A stretch of DNA of 45,055 bases, taken from the NCBI GenBank assembly GCA_030262775.1, contig JAJSZP010000002.1:1-45055 (forward strand). Direction: 5' to 3'. Every line of letters begins with the position of its first letter. The first letter of the stretch is position 1. Shown here piece after piece: positions 17,389-26,437 of the stretch. The notes beneath the pieces are model-generated. The model was not told where the DNA came from. It ran no database searches and saw only the letters and a program-made list of their open reading frames with translations. Origin of the DNA: Deltaproteobacteria bacterium (lineage in GTDB: Bacteria > Desulfobacterota > Desulfobacteria > Desulfobacterales > ETH-SRB1). The position numbers were made by a program, and so were the translations under genes.

Positions 17389-18378
17389 TTGTCGGCCAAA
17401 GAAAAACATAAGGAGATACCAAGATCACAAATGCAAGTAGTCTCCATAATCGGTGCAAGCAGTTTCATCGGAACACATTTATTGGAGCGCCTGTCGCTGT
17501 GCAGTGATCTGCACCTCAGGTTGCTGGTTAACAGAAATCCGAATTTAATTTTGCAGGAATCGGATAAAGTCTCTATAATTCGAGGTAATCTTCTTGATAC
17601 CAAGACGTTGAACGGCCTTGTTAAAACAGGTTGTATTGTAATCAACTTGGCTTATCTCAGTGGACGTCGCCCTGAGGAAAATTTCGCAGCAATAAATAAC
17701 CTCGTGGAAGTTTGTTCAAGAGCAAAGATAAGACGCCTGATCCATTGCAGTACTGCAGTAGTTTCGGGGAGGGTTTCTGCTGACAGAGTTACGGAAAATA
17801 CTCCAAACAAACCAGTAAAGGAATATGAAGTCACAAAGCAAAGAATAGAAAAAATCATTCTGGAAAAATCTAATGGATTGTTTGAAACAATTATTTTGCG
17901 ACCAACGGCTGTTTTCGGTAAAGGCGGCAGTAATCTGATTAAGCTTGCGGATGATCTGCTGTGTGAAAATAGATTGGTAAATTATATTAAATCATGTATT
18001 TACCAGTTTCGCAGAATAAATCTCGTCTATATAGATAATGTTGTAGCAGCAATTGAATTTTTCATAAAAACAGATCGGACTATAATTGGTGAAACCTTCA
18101 TTATTTCTGATGACGAGGATCCTTCCAACAACTATCGCTATATTGAAAAGTATCTGATGAAGAGAATGGGTTGCAAGCCATATCCTGTTCCACCTGTTTC
18201 AGTGCCCTTCCTGATTTTGAAATCCCTGCTCTGGCTCTCAGGGAGAACCAATGACAATCCGGCGCTTGTTTATGATTGCGGGAAAATCCTTTCCTCGGGT
18301 TTTAAGAAACCTGTCAGTTTTGAAGAGGGATTATCACATTTTTCCGATTGGTATATAAAGACTCATTTACAAAGTTAA
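17389..18378 (+). CDS. NAD-dependent epimerase/dehydratase-family SDR
   Basis: VVSIIGASSFIGTHLLERL (Rossmann) and YEVTKQRIEK (YxxxK). An alternative start exists at ATG 17431 (MQVVSIIG). Confidence 0.75.
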   Translation: MSAKEKHKEIPRSQMQVVSIIGASSFIGTHLLERLSLCSDLHLRLLVNRNPNLILQESDKVSIIRGNLLDTKTLNGLVKTGCIVINLAYLSGRRPEENFAAINNLVEVCSRAKIRRLIHCSTAVVSGRVSADRVTENTPNKPVKEYEVTKQRIEKIILEKSNGLFETIILRPTAVFGKGGSNLIKLADDLLCENRLVNYIKSCIYQFRRINLVYIDNVVAAIEFFIKTDRTIIGETFIISDDEDPSNNYRYIEKYLMKRMGCKPYPVPPVSVPFLILKSLLWLSGRTNDNPALVYDCGKILSSGFKKPVSFEEGLSHFSDWYIKTHLQS

Positions 18379-18387
18379 GCAACATGT

Positions 18388-18919
18388 ATGAAAATTCTCA
18401 ATGTCAATTCAATATGAGCATTGATCCTGTTACCGGAGGCGGAACGGCAGAACAAACATTGCAGATGAGCATTCATCTCGCAAAAAAAGTAGTGAAAAGC
18501 TCTATTTTAACCACGGACACCGGACTTAACCCGGAATATAAAGAGGATATGGAAAGAAAAGGAGTCAACATATATGCATCGCGTACATTAAGCAGGCGAT
18601 TCCACCTGCCTATATGTTCATTCAATACAATAAATAAACTTATACAACAAACAGATATAATACATTTAATGAATAATTGGACGATTTTGCATGTATCTGG
18701 TCGCTTTATAATGCAATTCAAAACCGAAAACCTGTTGATTCCGTCCAACCCGTAAAACACCTGCCGATATTTATACCTTATATCCTGCGACAACTATTTC
18801 GCGGGCACAGCAATAAAGGAGATATTAAATATTCCTCAAAGAAGTTACTTTCTGAAGGATTCAAATTTACGCTCGGTCTTGAGGGTGCAATTAAGAGAGT
18901 AATCAACGCTGAGCGTTAA
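18388..18919 (+). pseudogene. mosaic relic: frameshifted N-terminal third of a GT4 glycosyltransferase fused to the C-terminal about 60 codons of an SDR epimerase
   Basis: MKILNVNSI* (from 18388), then in another frame MSIDPVTGGGTAEQTLQMSIHLAKK...DIIHLMNNW, parallels the N-terminus of 18928..20058 (MRVLNVNIMINSRQGGGAAERTVQTSRFLAKS...DVIHLMGHW). Codons at 18740-18919 (VKHLPIFIPYILRQLFRG...KKLLSEGFKFTLGLEGAIKRVI) parallel the C-terminus of 17389..18378 (VSVPFLILKSLLWLSGR...GKILSSGFKKPVSFEEGLSHF). Confidence 0.6.
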
Positions 18920-18927
18920 ACCAAACT

Positions 18928-20058
18928 ATGCGAGTATTAAATGTAAATATTATGATCAACTCTCGTCAGGGAGGAGGAGCTGCTGAAAGAACAGTGCAAA
19001 CAAGTCGATTTCTGGCTAAATCTGGAGTTGATTGCACAATTCTTACAATGGATTTAGGTTTAACCCAGGAATGTCTCAAGGTTCTAAATGGGGTTAAGGT
19101 CACAACATTAACTTGTTTATTTAAAAGGTTTTACTTGCCTAAATTTTCTTACAGTAAAATTAAGAACATTGTGGCAGAGTCTGATGTTATTCATCTAATG
19201 GGTCATTGGGCTTTTTTAAACGCAATGGTTTATCTAATTGTCAGACTCCTTAATAAACCTTACGTTGTATGTCCTGCCGGTATGCTTCCTGTATATGGTA
19301 GATCGAAGATGATTAAAAAGCTATATAATTCACTAATTGGTAATAGTATTATCCGCAATGCCAATGGTTATATTGCTATATCTTTAAATGAAATTGATCA
19401 ATTTTTAGAATATGGAATTGAAAAGGAAAAAGTGAGCATTATTCCAAATGGAATAGATCCTGAAGACTATAAAATAAAAAATTCTATTAACTTTAAAAAA
19501 AAATACGGTTTGGGTGATGATCCTTTTTTATTGTTTATGGGAAGATTGAATCCGATTAAAGGGCCTGATTTGCTTTTAAATGCCTTTTGCAACGTAAAAG
19601 GCAAGTTAAACAATTATAACCTGGTATTTGCCGGTCCGGACGAAGGTATGCTTCCTGTTTTAAAAAAAATAGCAATTAATTCGGGAATCGAAGATAGAAT
19701 TTATTTTACAGGGTACCTTGAAGGAGAGGAAAAATCGAGTGCATATCATGCAGCGAATTTACTTGCTATCCCATCCAGACAAGAAGCTATGTCGATTGTT
19801 GTACTCGAAGCCGGAATAACTAAAACACCAGTATTGATTACAGATCAATGCGGGTTTGATGAAGTGGCTGATATAAATGGTGGAAGAGTTGTTTCAGCTT
19901 CTGTGGATGGATTACAAAACGGATTAATCGAAATCCTCAAAGATTCTGATGAATTGTCATTAATGGGAGCAAATCTTCAAAAGTATACCAGAAGACACTT
20001 CATCTGGGATGCCGTAATTAATAAATATATAAAATTATATCAGAATATATTAGAATGA
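18928..20058 (+). CDS. glycosyltransferase family 4 (GT-B)
   Basis: FLLFMGRLNPIKGPDLLL, LVFAGPDEG, and PSRQEAMSIVVLEAGITKTPVLITD (E-x7-E). Confidence 0.85.
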   Translation: MRVLNVNIMINSRQGGGAAERTVQTSRFLAKSGVDCTILTMDLGLTQECLKVLNGVKVTTLTCLFKRFYLPKFSYSKIKNIVAESDVIHLMGHWAFLNAMVYLIVRLLNKPYVVCPAGMLPVYGRSKMIKKLYNSLIGNSIIRNANGYIAISLNEIDQFLEYGIEKEKVSIIPNGIDPEDYKIKNSINFKKKYGLGDDPFLLFMGRLNPIKGPDLLLNAFCNVKGKLNNYNLVFAGPDEGMLPVLKKIAINSGIEDRIYFTGYLEGEEKSSAYHAANLLAIPSRQEAMSIVVLEAGITKTPVLITDQCGFDEVADINGGRVVSASVDGLQNGLIEILKDSDELSLMGANLQKYTRRHFIWDAVINKYIKLYQNILE

Positions 20059-20105
20059 ATTAAACAACTTCTGAAAACTTTTGTGAATTTAATGGGATAG
20101 GATGT

Positions 20106-20651
20106 TTGAGATTAGACCTTTTTAATAATACTAGTTTTAGCCGGGGCAGACCAGTCTGGATAGAAACATTATGGCTTTTTGTGCAGGCTCTTTTTATCAA
20201 TTCATGGATTCCAGGTTCTGTTCATCGAAAATTGTTATTGCGTCTCTTTGGCGCTAAAATCGGAAAGGGAACATTTTTTAAGCCCGGTATTAAGGTTAAA
20301 TTCCCCTGGCGACTTGAAATTGGAGAACATGCATGGATTGGTGAAGATGTATGGATTGACAACCTTGCTAAAGTAACTATAGGGAGCCATTGTTGTATAT
20401 CCCAAGGGGTCTACCTTTGTACAGGTAGTCATGACTGGAGCAAGAAACGATTTAATCTGATAACAAAACCTATTACTGTGATGGATAAATCATGGTTATG
20501 CGCAAAATCTATTATTGGGCCTGGCGTGACAGTAAATGAGGGGGCTGTTTTGGGAATAGGCAGCTTAGCAACCGAAGATCTTAAAGCCTGGTGGATATAT
20601 CAAGGAGTCCCGTCAACTGTGATGAGAGAACGGCTCCTTGAAAGCAAGTAA
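20106..20651 (+). CDS. WcaF-like hexapeptide-repeat O-acetyltransferase
   Basis: LRLFGAKIGKG...KVKFPWRLEIGEHAWIGEDVWIDNLAKVTIGSHCCISQGVYLCTGSHD is close to the colanic-acid WcaF pattern. The start is TTG. Confidence 0.85.
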   Translation: MRLDLFNNTSFSRGRPVWIETLWLFVQALFINSWIPGSVHRKLLLRLFGAKIGKGTFFKPGIKVKFPWRLEIGEHAWIGEDVWIDNLAKVTIGSHCCISQGVYLCTGSHDWSKKRFNLITKPITVMDKSWLCAKSIIGPGVTVNEGAVLGIGSLATEDLKAWWIYQGVPSTVMRERLLESK

Positions 20652-20706
20652 AATTAATACTTTAAATATTATGCGTTAAATAATCGATTTATTAATGACT
20701 CATTGA

Positions 20707-21456
20707 ATGAAAGTTTCAATTATTACAGTTGTTCGCAACAATGCACTGACTATTGAAGATGCAATTTTATCCGTTGCATCCCAGTCCTATAATAATATTG
20801 AGCATGTCGTTATTGATGGCGCTTCCACAGACGGAACACGTGCTGTAATTGATAGATATCGCAATGAGCTGTCATATGTGATTTCCGAGCCTGATCGAGG
20901 AATATATGACGCAATGAACAAGGGCCTTAGAATTGCCAGCGGTGATGTTATAGGTTTTTTGCACTCAGATGACATTTATATGGGCGATGATGTGATTGCC
21001 GACGTGATTAATACAATCACGGCACATAAAGTAGATGCGGTTTTCGGGGATCTTGTTTACGTAATGCCCCAAAATCTTGATAAAGTAGTTCGTTACTATG
21101 AGTCCAAAAGTTTTACTCCCAAAATACTTGCAAAAGGATGTATGCCTGCACATCCAACACTGTTTTTCAAAAAGCATGTGTATGAAAAATATGGATGTTT
21201 TAAGATTGATTATAAAATTGCTGCAGATTTTGAGTTTGTTGCAAGGGTTTTTGGAAATGAAGGCGCATCCTTTCATTACATACCAAAAGTTCTAGTTAAG
21301 ATGAGGACAGGAGGAACCAGCACAAAAAGCATAAAGAGCAACTGGATTTTAAATAAAGAAATACTTCGCGCATGCTGTGAAAACAATATTAAAACAAGTA
21401 TACTTAAGATTTATTTAAAATATCCCAGGAAAATATTAGGCCTGATTAATAATTGA
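20707..21456 (+). CDS. glycosyltransferase family 2
   Basis: VSIITVVRNNALTIEDAILSVASQSYNNIEHVVIDGASTDGT...GFLHSDD contains the GT-A DxD region. Confidence 0.85.
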   Translation: MKVSIITVVRNNALTIEDAILSVASQSYNNIEHVVIDGASTDGTRAVIDRYRNELSYVISEPDRGIYDAMNKGLRIASGDVIGFLHSDDIYMGDDVIADVINTITAHKVDAVFGDLVYVMPQNLDKVVRYYESKSFTPKILAKGCMPAHPTLFFKKHVYEKYGCFKIDYKIAADFEFVARVFGNEGASFHYIPKVLVKMRTGGTSTKSIKSNWILNKEILRACCENNIKTSILKIYLKYPRKILGLINN

Positions 21457-21545
21457 AAAGATTGTCATATTCGGACACCATGGCTTATGCAGAGTAATAT
21501 ATTTTTGTATATTTCATAATAAACTGTGTCCTTTTAACTTTTAAT

Positions 21546-22499
21546 ATGCATAATGTTCTTGTAACCGGTGCCAATGGATTTGTCGGAACAGCCCTTTGTA
21601 AAAAATTGCTGTCCAAAGGATTTTATGTCCGTGGTGCCGTCCAGTTTGAAAAAACATCATTTCTGCCCGAAAAGGTTGCACCAGTGTATATTAAATCAAT
21701 CGATTCTTATACAAAATGGGATGATGCTCTGACTGGCATCGATACGGTTGTTCATCTTGCTGCCCGAGTGCATGTAATGGATGATAGCTCTTCTGATCTG
21801 CTTACTGAATACCGTAAAGTTAATGTTGAGGGTACTAAGTGCCTTGCGGTTGCTGCTGCGAGTGCCGGAGTTAAGCGTTTTATTTTTATTAGCTCTATCA
21901 AGGTAAACGGTGAGGGGAGGGCGGTTGCATATACCGAAGATGATGAAGTATCACCACAAGATCACTATGGTGTAAGCAAATGGGAGGCGGAAGAGGAACT
22001 GCACAAAATTTCTTACAAGACCGGTATGGAAACGGTTATTCTCAGGCCGCCTCTTGTATATGGCCCAAGGGTTAAAGCCAATTTTTTGCGACTTGTCAGT
22101 CTGGTAAAATATGGAATTCCGCTTCCTTTTAGATATATAAACAATCGCAGGAGCTTGATATATATTGGAAATCTTATTGATGCAATTATAACTTGCATGA
22201 CCAATCCGAATGCGGCCGGCAAGACCTATATTGTAAGCGACGGGGAAGACGTCTCCACACCTGAACTAATTCGCAGACTAGGAGTTGCTTTAGGACGACG
22301 AGCATTATTGCTGCCGGTTCCAATCTGGATTATGAGGATTGCTGGAAGGATTGCTGGCAAGTCTAATGAGGTTGAAAGGCTTGTTATGTCATTGACAGTT
22401 GATATCTCTAAAATTCGCAGGGAATTGGAGTGGAAGCCTCCGTATACAATGGAAAATGGACTCAGAGAAACTGCAAAGTGGTATACAAAAAGCTGGTGA
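21546..22499 (+). CDS. NAD-dependent SDR, UDP-sugar 4-epimerase / UDP-4-keto-6-deoxy-HexNAc 4-reductase type
   Basis: VLVTGANGFVGTALCKKL and YGVSKWEAEEEL (YxxxK). It lies directly upstream of the PglC-like transferase and the WbpM-like dehydratase. Confidence 0.75.
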   Translation: MHNVLVTGANGFVGTALCKKLLSKGFYVRGAVQFEKTSFLPEKVAPVYIKSIDSYTKWDDALTGIDTVVHLAARVHVMDDSSSDLLTEYRKVNVEGTKCLAVAAASAGVKRFIFISSIKVNGEGRAVAYTEDDEVSPQDHYGVSKWEAEEELHKISYKTGMETVILRPPLVYGPRVKANFLRLVSLVKYGIPLPFRYINNRRSLIYIGNLIDAIITCMTNPNAAGKTYIVSDGEDVSTPELIRRLGVALGRRALLLPVPIWIMRIAGRIAGKSNEVERLVMSLTVDISKIRRELEWKPPYTMENGLRETAKWYTKSW

Positions 22500-22524
22500 C
22501 CTGATAAGCTGTTGAGATATTAGA

Positions 22525-23085
22525 ATGAAACGTTTATTTGACATCGTACTTGCCATAATAATTTCGATAGTCTTCTCCTTTCCCATGTTAATTATTGCTT
22601 TATCGGTGAAACTGACTTCCAAAGGCCCTATGCTTTACTGGTCGGACAGGGTTGGGAAAAAAAATACGATTTTCAAGATGCCAAAGTTCAGAACAATGAA
22701 GGCTGATACACCTGCAATGGCTACACATCTTATGAAAAATCCGGCGCAGTACTGCACTTCTGTAGGATCATTCCTGCGCAAATCAAGCCTGGATGAATTG
22801 CCGCAACTTTATAGTGTTTTAAAAGGGGATATGAGTTTTGTGGGGCCGCGGCCGGCACTTTTTAACCAGGATGATCTGATTGAGCTGAGAACAAAAAAAG
22901 GAATACATAACCTTATTCCCGGTATTACAGGTTGGGCACAGATTAATGGCAGAGACGACCTCCCTATTCCTGACAAGGTTGATCTGGATGAATATTATCT
23001 TAATAACCACTCTTTTATGTTTGACCTAAAAACATTATTCATGACATTACTCAGTGTGATTAATAGCCAGGGAGTACAACATTGA
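22525..23085 (+). CDS. small (PglC/WreU-type) undecaprenyl-phosphate sugar-phosphate transferase, initiating enzyme
   Basis: MKRLFDIVLAIIISIVF...KGPMLYWSDRVGKKNTIFKMPKFRTM...LDELPQLYSVLKGDMSFVGPRPAL is the bacterial sugar transferase family signature. Confidence 0.9.
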   Translation: MKRLFDIVLAIIISIVFSFPMLIIALSVKLTSKGPMLYWSDRVGKKNTIFKMPKFRTMKADTPAMATHLMKNPAQYCTSVGSFLRKSSLDELPQLYSVLKGDMSFVGPRPALFNQDDLIELRTKKGIHNLIPGITGWAQINGRDDLPIPDKVDLDEYYLNNHSFMFDLKTLFMTLLSVINSQGVQH

Positions 23086-23256
23086 TGGCGTCGTCAAAAG
23101 TCTCATCTACTGCGTTGTAGCGGTTTTTCAGGAACTCGACATACTATAAGTATAGTCTCGTCTCTGAAAAACCACTACGCCTTGCACCCCAAGGGCACTT
23201 CCTGCGGGGCGTATATGAGCCTTTTTACTTAGCCATCCGGCGCTTATTCAAAGACT
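23084..23256 (+). repeat. dispersed repeat family B, full copy (core hairpin module + distal module)
   Basis: It starts within the TGA stop (TGATGGCGTCGT). The core GGTTTTTCAG (23122-23131) pairs with CTGAAAAACC (23164-23173). Positions 23084-23176 align with the reverse complement of 38205-38301, and 23161-23256 align with the reverse complement of 44975-45035. Confidence 0.75.
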
Positions 23257-23274
23257 TTATCGTATCTATTCAGA

Positions 23275-25170
23275 ATGAAATTCAGGATATTCTATAAAAA
23301 ATTTATGATTGTTTTCCTTGTCGATGCACTGCTGCTGGCAGCGGCCTTTATCGTTGCACACCTGATTCGGTTTGAATTCAATATTCCGCTCTCTTTTCTA
23401 TCGCTGCTGAAACAAATGCTGCCGTGGGTTCTGCTGGCGAAGTTGAGCTGTTTTTATTTCTTAGGCCTATACCGCGGCATGTGGCGTTACACCAGCATTG
23501 CCGACCTGCTCAATGTCATCAAAGCTACTATCGTGAGCACGCTTCTCATCCTTGCCTTTATTCTCTTTAAATTCGGGTTTATCGGGTACTCCCGGTCTGT
23601 ATTTCTCATCGACTTTCTCCTGACGATATTGTTCATCGCCGGATTTCGAATTTCAGTCCGGTTGTTTTATGATCGCAATAGCAAGGAAACGCCAACACCT
23701 ACAGATTTTCTTTCAATATTCAAGCTTCTCTCTAACAGAAAAAAGGATAGTAAAAATCTGATCATTATCGGGGCAGGGAACTGCGGTGAAAAGATTTACA
23801 GGGAAATCCACGACAACTCTGCGCTAAAATACAACATTGTCGGATTTTTAGATGACAGCAGAAGTAAAATAGGTAGAACCATTCATGGAGTGCCCGTTAT
23901 CGGCAGAATTGATGATATAATAATTCTAACCAAAAAGGTAAAAGCAGACGAAGTTCTTATCGCTATTCCTTCAGCACGGGGACAGCAGATGCGCAGGATC
24001 GTTGAGCTTTGTAAAACCAGCGGCATTTTGTTTAAAACAGTACCCGGCTATGGAGAGCTTATTAATGGCCGGGTAACGATTAATGCCATTCGTGAGGTGG
24101 CTTACCGGGATCTTTTAGGCCGAGAAATGGTCAAACTTGATGAAAAACAAATTGGTGCTTATCTCAAAGGGCAAAATGTTCTGGTAACCGGTGCGGGCGG
24201 GTCTATAGGTTCTGAACTATGCAGGCAGATTTGCCGGTTTAAGCCTGGGTCTATTTTGCTATTTGAAAGAGCCGAAAGTCCTTTATACGAAATCGAACTT
24301 GAACTTAAGAAAAATTTTGTTGACGTAAATGTTGTTCCCATTCTTGCAGACATCCAGAATAAATTACAGATCGAAAAAGTTTTCAATAAATATGAACCTC
24401 AAACGGTTTTCCATGCGGCTGCATATAAACATGTACCAATGTTGGAACTACAACCCTGGAAAGCTTTGGAAAATAATATCCAGGGAACCGCAAATCTTGT
24501 TGAAATCGCAACAAAATTTAACATTGAGCGTTTTGTTTTCGTTTCCACAGACAAGGCAGTGCGGCCCACTAATGTAATGGGTGCCTCCAAACGAGTAGCA
24601 GAGATGTTCGTGAATTGTCAGAACAAAAACGGTCTTTCAAAAGAGCGCTTTATTATTGTCCGCTTCGGTAATGTTGTAGGCAGTGTAGGAAGTGTTGTGC
24701 CGCTTTTTAAAAAACAGATCGAAAAAGGAGGGCCTGTTACGGTTACACATCCGGATGTTACACGTTATTTCATGACTATTCCTGAAGCAAGCCAGCTTAT
24801 TCTCCAGGCAGGTGCGATGGGCAATGGTGGTGAGATATTTTTGCTTGATATGGGTACAACTATAAAAATATCTGATATGGCTCGTGATCTTATTCGACTT
24901 TCCGGATTTGAACCGGACGTCGATATAAAAATCGAATATATCGGTTTAAGACCCGGGGAAAAGCTTTATGAAGAGCTCATTACCGAAGGCGAGAATATTG
25001 TTCCCACAAGTCATGAAAAAATAATGGTATTAAAAGGTATGGAGTGTAACCTGCATGTATTAAACGGTCAAATCGATGAATTAGCCACATTGGCTGCAAA
25101 TCAGGATGAAAAAAGAATAAAAGAAAAACTTCAGGAAATCGTATCTGAGTACTCTCCTGCATCCAACTAA
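23275..25170 (+). CDS. membrane-anchored UDP-GlcNAc 4,6-dehydratase (CapD/WbpM/PglF family)
   Basis: Four N-terminal TM helices. Two Rossmann regions are present (IIIGAGNCGEKI; VLVTGAGGSIGSEL), plus FHAAAYKHVP and MGASKRVAE. Confidence 0.9.
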   Translation: MKFRIFYKKFMIVFLVDALLLAAAFIVAHLIRFEFNIPLSFLSLLKQMLPWVLLAKLSCFYFLGLYRGMWRYTSIADLLNVIKATIVSTLLILAFILFKFGFIGYSRSVFLIDFLLTILFIAGFRISVRLFYDRNSKETPTPTDFLSIFKLLSNRKKDSKNLIIIGAGNCGEKIYREIHDNSALKYNIVGFLDDSRSKIGRTIHGVPVIGRIDDIIILTKKVKADEVLIAIPSARGQQMRRIVELCKTSGILFKTVPGYGELINGRVTINAIREVAYRDLLGREMVKLDEKQIGAYLKGQNVLVTGAGGSIGSELCRQICRFKPGSILLFERAESPLYEIELELKKNFVDVNVVPILADIQNKLQIEKVFNKYEPQTVFHAAAYKHVPMLELQPWKALENNIQGTANLVEIATKFNIERFVFVSTDKAVRPTNVMGASKRVAEMFVNCQNKNGLSKERFIIVRFGNVVGSVGSVVPLFKKQIEKGGPVTVTHPDVTRYFMTIPEASQLILQAGAMGNGGEIFLLDMGTTIKISDMARDLIRLSGFEPDVDIKIEYIGLRPGEKLYEELITEGENIVPTSHEKIMVLKGMECNLHVLNGQIDELATLAANQDEKRIKEKLQEIVSEYSPASN

Positions 25171-25178
25171 TTTTCAAT

Positions 25179-26423
25179 ATGAAAAATATAAATAATAAAA
25201 TCAAATATCTGATTGAGAAAGGTGTCAGGATTTCTAACCCTGAAAGTATTGAGATTGGCGATGAAGTTGATGCGGAAAAAATTTCAGGTAATGGAGTTAC
25301 AATTTATACAGGATGCAAAATATTCGGCAGCTCCACCCTTATTTTGCAAGGGTCAGATATAGGGCATGAAGGGCCTGTTACCATTGAAAATTGCCAGATT
25401 GGACCTGAAGTAAAGCTTAAAAGCGGCTTTTATAAACAAGCGGTTTTTCTAAATAAAGTTTCTATGGGATCAGGTTCACATGTCAGGGATGGAACAATAC
25501 TCGAGGAACAGACGAGTGTCGCCCATACGGTCGCTTTAAAACAGACCATCCTCTTTCCCTTTGTAACCCTTGGAAGTCTTATAAATTTCTGTGACTGTTT
25601 CATGTCAGGGGGATCTGATAGAAAAAACCATAGCGAAGTTGGAAGTTCCTATATTCATTTTAACTATACACCGAATCAAGATAAGGCAACTGCCTCACTT
25701 CTCGGAAATGTGCCCAATGGAGTAATGTTGAATCAGAATCCAATTTTTCTTGGAGGACAAGGGGGGCTTATCGGGCCTTGCCGGCTGGCTTTTGGTACAA
25801 TAATAGCTGCCGGAACGATAAATAGAAAAGATGAATTAAATCCCGGTCGCCTGATTTTCGGTGGAACAGGGAAGGGCGGTAGTGTTCCATTTACGCCCGG
25901 AGTTTATCGCAGTGAAAAAAGAATTGTTATTAATAATATTATTTATATTGCAAACCTTATGGCGCTAATGCAGTGGTATAATCATGTACGTTCTATGTTT
26001 GTTTCGAAGGATTTTCCTCAATCGCTATTAGATGGACTTAATGAAAAGCTTAACATGGCCATTAAAGAGCGAGTAAAAAGACTTGGCGAGTTATGTTTGA
26101 AGATGCCCGATCCTGACATTGGAAAAGAAACATCAGAGAGGCTAATGTGTCAGAAAAATGAGCTGCGAGACAGATGGTCTGAAATGGAAGAAGCGTTTAA
26201 AACAAATAAAAATAAAAAAGGTGATCTGAGAATCAGAGACTTATTTCTGGAAACGATAAATCGTGGAATAAATAAATCCGGCAGGGATTACATTCCAGTA
26301 ATTAAAAGCCTTTCAGTTGAAAATGCAACCCAGGGAACAAAATGGCTCCAGGGTATTGTTGATGATATTACTGCACAGATAGTTGAAATTATACCATCAT
26401 TTAGTGGGAATTCCAGACACTGA
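25179..26423 (+). CDS. left-handed beta-helix (hexapeptide-like) protein resembling the GlmU C-terminal domain, with a helical C-terminal extension; function unknown
   Basis: Repetitive [IVL]G-type turns span residues about 20-230 (IGDEV..., ISGNGVTIYTGCKIFGSS, IGPEVKLKSG, VSMGSGSHVRDG, FLGGQGGLIGPCRLAFGTIIAAG). There is no N-terminal nucleotidyltransferase domain. The last ~150 aa are charged and helical. Confidence 0.55.
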   Translation: MKNINNKIKYLIEKGVRISNPESIEIGDEVDAEKISGNGVTIYTGCKIFGSSTLILQGSDIGHEGPVTIENCQIGPEVKLKSGFYKQAVFLNKVSMGSGSHVRDGTILEEQTSVAHTVALKQTILFPFVTLGSLINFCDCFMSGGSDRKNHSEVGSSYIHFNYTPNQDKATASLLGNVPNGVMLNQNPIFLGGQGGLIGPCRLAFGTIIAAGTINRKDELNPGRLIFGGTGKGGSVPFTPGVYRSEKRIVINNIIYIANLMALMQWYNHVRSMFVSKDFPQSLLDGLNEKLNMAIKERVKRLGELCLKMPDPDIGKETSERLMCQKNELRDRWSEMEEAFKTNKNKKGDLRIRDLFLETINRGINKSGRDYIPVIKSLSVENATQGTKWLQGIVDDITAQIVEIIPSFSGNSRH

Positions 26424-26437
26424 GATAATATCTGAGC

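Noticed and set aside
18348-18919. ORFs 18348..18755 and 18677..18919 as functional genes
   Set aside because: The first starts inside the preceding SDR gene and is a frameshifted GT4 N-terminal fragment. The second is only an SDR C-terminal tail. Together they are treated as one mosaic pseudogene.
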